DNA from: Anaerolineae bacterium
GTDB taxonomy: Bacteria; Chloroflexota; Anaerolineae; B4-G1; SLSP01
Assembly: GCA_034437215.1 (NCBI GenBank)
Contig: DAOTVC010000106.1
Coordinates: 30,369-94,368, forward strand
Reading direction: 5' to 3'
DNA: 64,000 nucleotides
Each line of letters starts with the position of its first letter. Positions within the stretch are counted from its first letter, which is position 1. The position numbers were made by a program, and so were the translations under genes. The notes beneath the pieces are model-generated. The model saw nothing but the letters and a program-made list of their open reading frames with translations. It was not told the DNA's origin and ran no database searches. This document shows, one piece after another, positions 56,991 through 64,000 of the stretch.

Positions 56991-57189
56991 GAGGGACCCC
57001 TCCATTTCCCACAGAGCCAACTCGTTGCTATAATAAGCATAGGGTAATCGTAAGAAGGTAGGGTAACCGTCGTACTGTCACTGTTCTGTCGTGCACCGGC
57101 GTTCATAAGCTCCCTCTCAACACCTTTGTGGACTGCTCTCGAGAGCGTCGGGCGCATCCGTCGGACTATTCCCAAGAAAGGAGAGTTTC

Positions 57190-58941
57190 ATGCTCGAGAA
57201 CGAGATAACCATCATGATTGCCGGCGAGGCGGGGATGGGGGTGGAGTCGAGCGGCGTGGGCTTCTGCCGCGCCCTGACCCGGGGCGGGCGCTACGTCTTC
57301 GGCTATCCCAGCTTCTACTCCCGCATCCGCGGCGGTCACAACTACTTCACTATCCGCACGGCCCTCGAACCCGTCCACGCCCTGGGTGAGGAGGGGATCG
57401 ATCTCCTCCTGGCGCTGGACCTGCAGAGCATCCGCGAGCACGTCGACGAGATGGTTGAAGGTGGGGCCATCGTCTACGACTCCAAGGACGAGCTTCCCGA
57501 GGATCTCAAGCGGGAGGGCGTCACCTTCATCCCCATGGCGCTGACCGAGGAGGCGGGGGCGGCAGGCGCCGTCATCATGCGGAACACGATGGCCCTGGGC
57601 GCTGCCGCCGAGATTATCGGCTTCGACGTCGTCTACGACGAGGAGATCATCCGCCAGAACTTCGCCGCGAAGGGCGAGAAGATCGTACAGGCCAACCTCA
57701 AGGTGCACGCCGGCGGCGTTCGTGCTGCAGCAGCCTTCGCCGAGGACTTCCCTTACCGGATGGGCGAGTCTCCGGAGGACGTGCCCGAACGCCTGCTCGT
57801 CAATGGGAGCCAGGCCTTCGGTATGGGTGCCCTGGCGGGGGGCTGCCGTTTCGTCTCCGGCTACCCCATGACCCCCGGTTCGCCGGTTCTCCAGTGGCTC
57901 ACTCTCCACTCGGAGCGCTTCAACGTCGTTTCCAAACACGCTGAGGACGAGATTGCTGCCATCTGCATGGCGATCGGGGCCGGCGTGATGGGGGCGCGGG
58001 CCCTGGTGCCCACCTCCGGGGGCGGCTTTGCCCTCATGGTGGAGGCGATGGGGCTGGCGGGTATCACCGAGACGCCCGTCGTTATCTACAACGCCCAGCG
58101 CCCCGGCCCGGCGACGGGTCTGGCCACGCGCACAGAGCAGGCGGACCTGCTCTTCATGCTGCACGCGCCGCAGGGCGAGTTCCCGCGCATGATGTGCGCG
58201 CCGGGCACCCACGAGGAGGCCTTCAAGGTGGGGTGGCAGGTCTTCAACTGGGCCGAGCGCTACCAGACGCCCATCCTGGTGCTCGGCGACCAGTATCTCG
58301 CCGACAGCTTCAAGACCCTCGAGAAGGATGCGTTTGATTTCGACGCCGTGGAGATCGACCGGGGCGAGCTCCTGACGGCGGAGGATTTGGAGGCCTACGG
58401 GGAGGAGGAGCGCTACCTGCGCTACAAGATCACCGAGTCGGGTATCTCCCCCCGCGCGCTCCCCGGTCATCCCAATGCCATCTGGGTGACGACGGGTAAT
58501 GAGCACTGGGAGGACGGGGCCATCACCGAGGAGCCCGAGATGCGGGTGGCGCAGGTGGAGAAGCGCTTCCGCAAGCAGGAGGGCATGCGCGAGGAGATCC
58601 CCGCGCCGACGACTTATGGTCCCGAGGGGGCCGCGATTACCCTCGTCTGCTGGGGCTCCCTCTTCGGACCCGTGCGGGAGGCGGTGGACCGGCTCAACGC
58701 CGCCCAGGAGGGGCGGGCGAACCTGCTCCACTTCTGCGGGCTGGAGCCCTTCCCGCCCGGTGCGGAGGCGCTGCTGCGGGCGGCCAACCGGCTCATCGCC
58801 GTGGAACAGAACTTCACGGGGCAGCTGGAGACGCTCATCCAGGCCCGCACCGGCATTTCCATGGACGGCAGGATTCGCAAGTACGACGGTCGGCCTGTGC
58901 GTCCCCCGTACATCGTCGAGCAGCTTTCGGAGGAGGTGTAA
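57190..58941 (+). CDS. korA: 2-oxoacid:ferredoxin oxidoreductase alpha subunit
   Basis: OFOR alpha-like throughout (GEAGMGVESSG...). Followed by the TPP-binding beta subunit 2 nt downstream. Confidence 0.8.
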   Translation: MLENEITIMIAGEAGMGVESSGVGFCRALTRGGRYVFGYPSFYSRIRGGHNYFTIRTALEPVHALGEEGIDLLLALDLQSIREHVDEMVEGGAIVYDSKDELPEDLKREGVTFIPMALTEEAGAAGAVIMRNTMALGAAAEIIGFDVVYDEEIIRQNFAAKGEKIVQANLKVHAGGVRAAAAFAEDFPYRMGESPEDVPERLLVNGSQAFGMGALAGGCRFVSGYPMTPGSPVLQWLTLHSERFNVVSKHAEDEIAAICMAIGAGVMGARALVPTSGGGFALMVEAMGLAGITETPVVIYNAQRPGPATGLATRTEQADLLFMLHAPQGEFPRMMCAPGTHEEAFKVGWQVFNWAERYQTPILVLGDQYLADSFKTLEKDAFDFDAVEIDRGELLTAEDLEAYGEEERYLRYKITESGISPRALPGHPNAIWVTTGNEHWEDGAITEEPEMRVAQVEKRFRKQEGMREEIPAPTTYGPEGAAITLVCWGSLFGPVREAVDRLNAAQEGRANLLHFCGLEPFPPGAEALLRAANRLIAVEQNFTGQLETLIQARTGISMDGRIRKYDGRPVRPPYIVEQLSEEV

Positions 58942-58943
58942 CC

Positions 58944-59816
58944 ATGGCTAAGAGTTCAGACTACAAGAGCGGACACGTCATCACCTGGTGCCCCGGTTGC
59001 GGTAACTTTGCCATTCTCAACGCCGTGAAGCGGGCCCTCCAAGACCGGGGGATCGCGCCCCACGAGATCATCGTCGCCACGGGCATCGGCTGCGGGAGCA
59101 AGCTGCACCACTACATGACCATCAACGGCATCCACACCCTCCACGGGCGCCCCGTGCCTGTCGCGCAGGGGGCCAAGTTGGCCAATCATGCCATGAAGGT
59201 GGCGGTCATTCACGGTGACGGCGACGGCTACGGTGAGGGGCTGGGCCACTTCGCCCACGTCACCCGCCGCAACCCCGGCATCACGGAGATCGTGCAGAAC
59301 AACAAGATCTACGGGCTGACGAAGGGCCAGTACTCGCCGACCAGTGACCGTGGCAAGCGCACGCCTACCTCTCCCGAAGGGGTGATCGAGTATGGCGTGC
59401 AGCCGCTGGCTCTGGCCATCACCCACGGTGCGACCTTCGTCGCCCGCGGTTACTCCGGCGATCTCAAAGAGCTCCAGTGGCTCATCGGGGAGGCGATGGA
59501 GCACCACGGCTACGCCCTGGTGGACGTGCTGCAGCCCTGCGTCACCTTCAACAGCGAGCGGGCCTACGACTTCTACAACGAACGGGTCTACAAGCTGGAG
59601 GACGAGGAGGGCTATGACCCCGCCGACCGTGCCGCGGCGTGGCAGAAGGCTCAGGAGTGGGGCGAGCGCATCCCCACGGGCATCTTCTACCGTGTCGATC
59701 CCATCCCCACCTACGAAGATCAGCTTCCGGCCCTGAAGGAGCGGCCGCTCGTCGAGCAGCCGCTGGAGAAGCTCACGGCGGAGGAGATCGAGCTCCTGCT
59801 GGACGAACTGCGCTAG
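58944..59816 (+). CDS. korB: 2-oxoacid:ferredoxin oxidoreductase beta subunit (TPP-binding)
   Basis: WCPGCGNF Cys motif. TPP-binding GDGDGYGEG. Confidence 0.85.
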   Translation: MAKSSDYKSGHVITWCPGCGNFAILNAVKRALQDRGIAPHEIIVATGIGCGSKLHHYMTINGIHTLHGRPVPVAQGAKLANHAMKVAVIHGDGDGYGEGLGHFAHVTRRNPGITEIVQNNKIYGLTKGQYSPTSDRGKRTPTSPEGVIEYGVQPLALAITHGATFVARGYSGDLKELQWLIGEAMEHHGYALVDVLQPCVTFNSERAYDFYNERVYKLEDEEGYDPADRAAAWQKAQEWGERIPTGIFYRVDPIPTYEDQLPALKERPLVEQPLEKLTAEEIELLLDELR

Positions 59817-59819
59817 CCA

Positions 59820-59958
59820 AATTCAGTTGGGTGTGTTTCAATCCAGTTGTGAGCTATCCGTAGCTGAAACGTAAAGCGTGAAACGTGAGGGCCTCACGGT
59901 TTACGTTTCACGTTTCACGCCTCGGTTTAACTCAAGTGAAACACACCCAATTCAGTTC
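59820..59958. mobile_element. MITE-like / REP-doublet element: about 14-bp terminal inverted repeats TTGGGTGTGTTTCA/TGAAACACACCCAA, flanked by an ATTCAGT direct repeat, with internal GTGAAACG palindromes
   Basis: Read directly: aattcagttgggtgtgtttca...gtgaaacgtgagggcctcacggtttacgtttcacgtttcacgc...tgaaacacacccaattcagtt. No ORF. Sits 4 nt after the korB stop. Confidence 0.55.
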
Positions 59959-60042
59959 ACCCTCTCGGCGCAACGTTCTCCCTCCTTGCGGGGGGAGAGC
60001 GTTGCGCCTCTTGTTGGGTTGGGACTCGCGGTGGATGTCAGG

Positions 60043-60147
60043 CAAGATGCCTGTTCTAGATTCGCGAGCGCTCCTAACCCAGGGCGCCGGATGCTCCCGA
60101 TAGGTCTCCGGCACAGCAAGATGCCTGTTCTAGATTCGCGAGCGCTC

Positions 60148-60154
<7 letters not shown>
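60043..60154. repeat. Two exact 38-bp direct repeats (CAAGATGCCTGTTCTAGATTCGCGAGCGCTCCTAACCC) separated by a 36-bp spacer
   Basis: Read directly. Copy 1 is 60043..60080 and copy 2 is 60117..60154. Copy 2 overlaps the stop codon of the minus-strand S9 peptidase gene. Confidence 0.5.
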
Positions 60155-62304
<2,150 letters not shown>

Positions 62305-62398
62305 CCTCCTTGTGTGCGATTGCAATGTGGGTAGTCTATCGCAAGAGCGCCAGGACGCCAGCCCTTTGCGGGATCGGGCGTCCTGGCGGAAGCCGGGG

Positions 62399-63724
62399 TC
62401 AGTGGCGCAGCAGCGGGGCCTGGAACTCCTCCAGCGGTACGGGGGCGCCGTAACGCAGAATGGCGGCGACCTCGGGCAGGCGCATGCGCCCACCCTCGAC
62501 CGCTACCGGCTCCCCGCCCAGCAGCTCCTCGTAACTGCCGTCGGGCAGCTGGACACCGACTTCGCCCTGTTCGCCGGTGACGTTGAAGACCCCGTAGAGG
62601 CTCTCCGTGGGGTGCTCCCACGCTGCCTGGATGGTGCCCTCACTCTCCAGGAGCAGCCGCCGGCCCTCCAGCAGGGCCGGCTCCTTCTTGAGGTGTGCGA
62701 GTTTCGTGTAGTAAGCCTGCAGCGGGTAGTCGCCCCACTCGATCTTGTCGATCTCGAAGAGGGAGGGGGTGTGGTCGGCGCCCGCCTGCTGACCGGCGTA
62801 GATGAGGAAGGAGCCCTTGTTGAAGGCCTCGAAGGCGGCCCAGGCCAGGGCCTGCTCGCGGGTGGGGGCGTAGGCCAGGATGCGCGGCTGGTCGTGGTTC
62901 TCGACGCAGCGCATCTTGACGTAGTTCTCGGGGTAGATGCAGTCCTGGAAGCGGACCATCTCCAGGTAGCGGGAGGTGGGAACCTCGTGCCTGACGGCGG
63001 CCTGCCAGACGGGCCAGATGTCGTAGTCGTAGGTCATGTCGAAGGCGCGGTAGAGTTGTGCGTCGGCGACGCCCGTCAGCCCCGCCTCCCGCCGCTCGGC
63101 GACGAAGATGGCGTGCACCGATTCGGCGAGCCAGATGACGCCGGGGCGCACCTCGGCGACGGCCTCCCGCGCCCGCAGCCAGAAGTCGAGGGGGACGAGG
63201 GAGGCGACGTCACAGCGGAAGCCGTCGACGCCGAACTCCACCCAGCCCCGGAGGGTCTCGATGAGGTAGTCGGCGAGCTCCGAGTTGGGGTGCTGCAGGT
63301 CGATGACGTCGCTCCAGACGGGGACGGTGGTGTAGGGCCGGCCCGCTTCGTCCTGGTGGTACCAGTCGGGGTGGCGCGCTACCATCACCGAGTCGTGGGC
63401 GGTGTGATTGAAGACGACGTCGATCATCACCTGCAGGCCCAGGTCATGAGCCCTCTCCACGAGCCGCTTGAAGTCCTCCCGGGTGCCGTACTCGGGATTG
63501 ACCTCCCGGTAGTCGACGATGGAGTAGGGGGAGCCCAGGGACCCCTTGCGATGCTCCTTGCCGATGGGGTGGATGGGCATGAACCATATCACGTCGACGC
63601 CCATTTCGCGAATGCGGGCCAGGTCCGCCTCCACGTCTGCGAAGGTGCCGTTCGGCCCGTGGTTGCGAACGTAGATCTCGTAGAGAACAAGATTGCGATA
63701 GTGCCGGGGCGTATCCTCGGCCAT
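62399..63724 (-). CDS. Alpha-amylase family glycoside hydrolase (GH13)
   Basis: GH13 conserved regions [35 protein letters not shown] and FVENHDQPR-like. Confidence 0.8.
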   Translation of the reverse strand: MAEDTPRHYRNLVLYEIYVRNHGPNGTFADVEADLARIREMGVDVIWFMPIHPIGKEHRKGSLGSPYSIVDYREVNPEYGTREDFKRLVERAHDLGLQVMIDVVFNHTAHDSVMVARHPDWYHQDEAGRPYTTVPVWSDVIDLQHPNSELADYLIETLRGWVEFGVDGFRCDVASLVPLDFWLRAREAVAEVRPGVIWLAESVHAIFVAERREAGLTGVADAQLYRAFDMTYDYDIWPVWQAAVRHEVPTSRYLEMVRFQDCIYPENYVKMRCVENHDQPRILAYAPTREQALAWAAFEAFNKGSFLIYAGQQAGADHTPSLFEIDKIEWGDYPLQAYYTKLAHLKKEPALLEGRRLLLESEGTIQAAWEHPTESLYGVFNVTGEQGEVGVQLPDGSYEELLGGEPVAVEGGRMRLPEVAAILRYGAPVPLEEFQAPLLRH

Positions 63725-63781
63725 GGTTATCCTCCTTTCAAAAACTGGTGAGCAGTGAGAGGTGAACGGAGAGAAAGGCTC

Positions 63782-63813
63782 AGGGATTAGGGAGCCGGGA
63801 CTGGGGATTAGGG
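63782..63813 (+). repeat. G-rich GGGATTAGGG-type repeat (same family as 13897 and 20163), followed by a CT-rich TTCTCAC tract
   Basis: Read directly: cagggattagggagccgggactggggattaggg, then ...ctctctctcctctcttctcacttctgacttctcac. Confidence 0.4.
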
Positions 63814-63904
63814 CTTAACACCGCAGCCTTGCTCCTCACACCGGGCCTCTCACGAGTGTCACCTCTCTCTCCTCTCTTCTCACTTCTGACTTCTCACTAC
63901 TCCG

Positions 63905-64000
63905 CTAGCGGCTCGATGCACTGGGGCAGGTCGTTGGCCGGGTTGTTGACCATCTGCGAGACGGGATAGGCGACCATAGCGTCGGCAGGGTAGGGGGCGA
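63905..64000 (-). CDS. 3' end of an unidentified minus-strand gene running off the window
   Basis: Open high-GC3 frame ending at a TAG (63905..63907 on the complement). Too short to name. Confidence 0.25.
   Translation of the reverse strand, partial: SPPTLPTLWSPIPSRRWSTTRPTTCPSASSR

Noticed and set aside
57008-57036. Possible kor operon promoter (TTCCCA-17-TATAAT)
   Set aside because: The -10 is perfect but the -35 is poor. It is plausible but was not listed as a feature.

Overview
This is a 64 kb window of a high-GC (about 68%) bacterial chromosome, densely coded on both strands, with AT-richer intergenic patches. Many of the long ORFs in the six-frame track are antisense or alternate-frame shadows of real genes, which is typical at this GC content. 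The taxon cannot be fixed from sequence alone; the gene content suggests a thermophilic high-GC lineage, possibly Chloroflexota- or Thermomicrobia-like.

Genes I can support, in order: a phosphonate ABC transporter on the minus strand (phnD-phnC-phnE, with phnE running off the window start); a 1,982 aa non-thioester alpha-2-macroglobulin lipoprotein; a redox island; a tRNA-Val; three paralogous 7TM-sensor histidine kinases with no adjacent response regulators; an SDR epimerase/dehydratase; a TetR-controlled flavoprotein operon; a frameshifted RAYT/IS200-like tyrosine transposase in a low-GC patch; a class II aldolase; pth-mfd; a duplicated AlaDH/PNT-like dehydrogenase and GNAT module built around a divergently placed WYL regulator plus an unknown protein; an AraC/GyrI-like regulator, a GyrI-like protein and TrmO; a roughly 1,080 aa secreted protein with prenyltransferase-like and beta-helix repeats; a PatB/MalY aminotransferase; an M20 peptidase; GalE; 2-oxoacid:ferredoxin oxidoreductase alpha and beta; an S9 peptidase; and a GH13 amylase.

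The most system-like novelty is the redox island at roughly 10.1-20.5 kb. It holds a membrane pentaheme cytochrome c, a NOX/ferric-reductase-like flavocytochrome with a trailing 30 aa TM peptide, and an atypical System I cytochrome c maturation operon. That operon has a CxxxY-type CcmE, a CcmF fused to a TlpA-like thioredoxin, a CcmA-CcmB fusion, CcmC, CcmD, no CcmH, and two translationally coupled genes of unknown function embedded between ccmF and ccmAB.

Non-coding signals include a GTGAAACG-core REP family (one intact copy with apparent TIRs and TSD, two partial copies), a GGGGATT-type G-rich repeat family, near-consensus sigma70-like promoters, a TetR-type operator palindrome, two perfect long hairpins in the WYL divergent region, and an exact 38-bp direct repeat pair overlapping the 3' end of the S9 peptidase gene.
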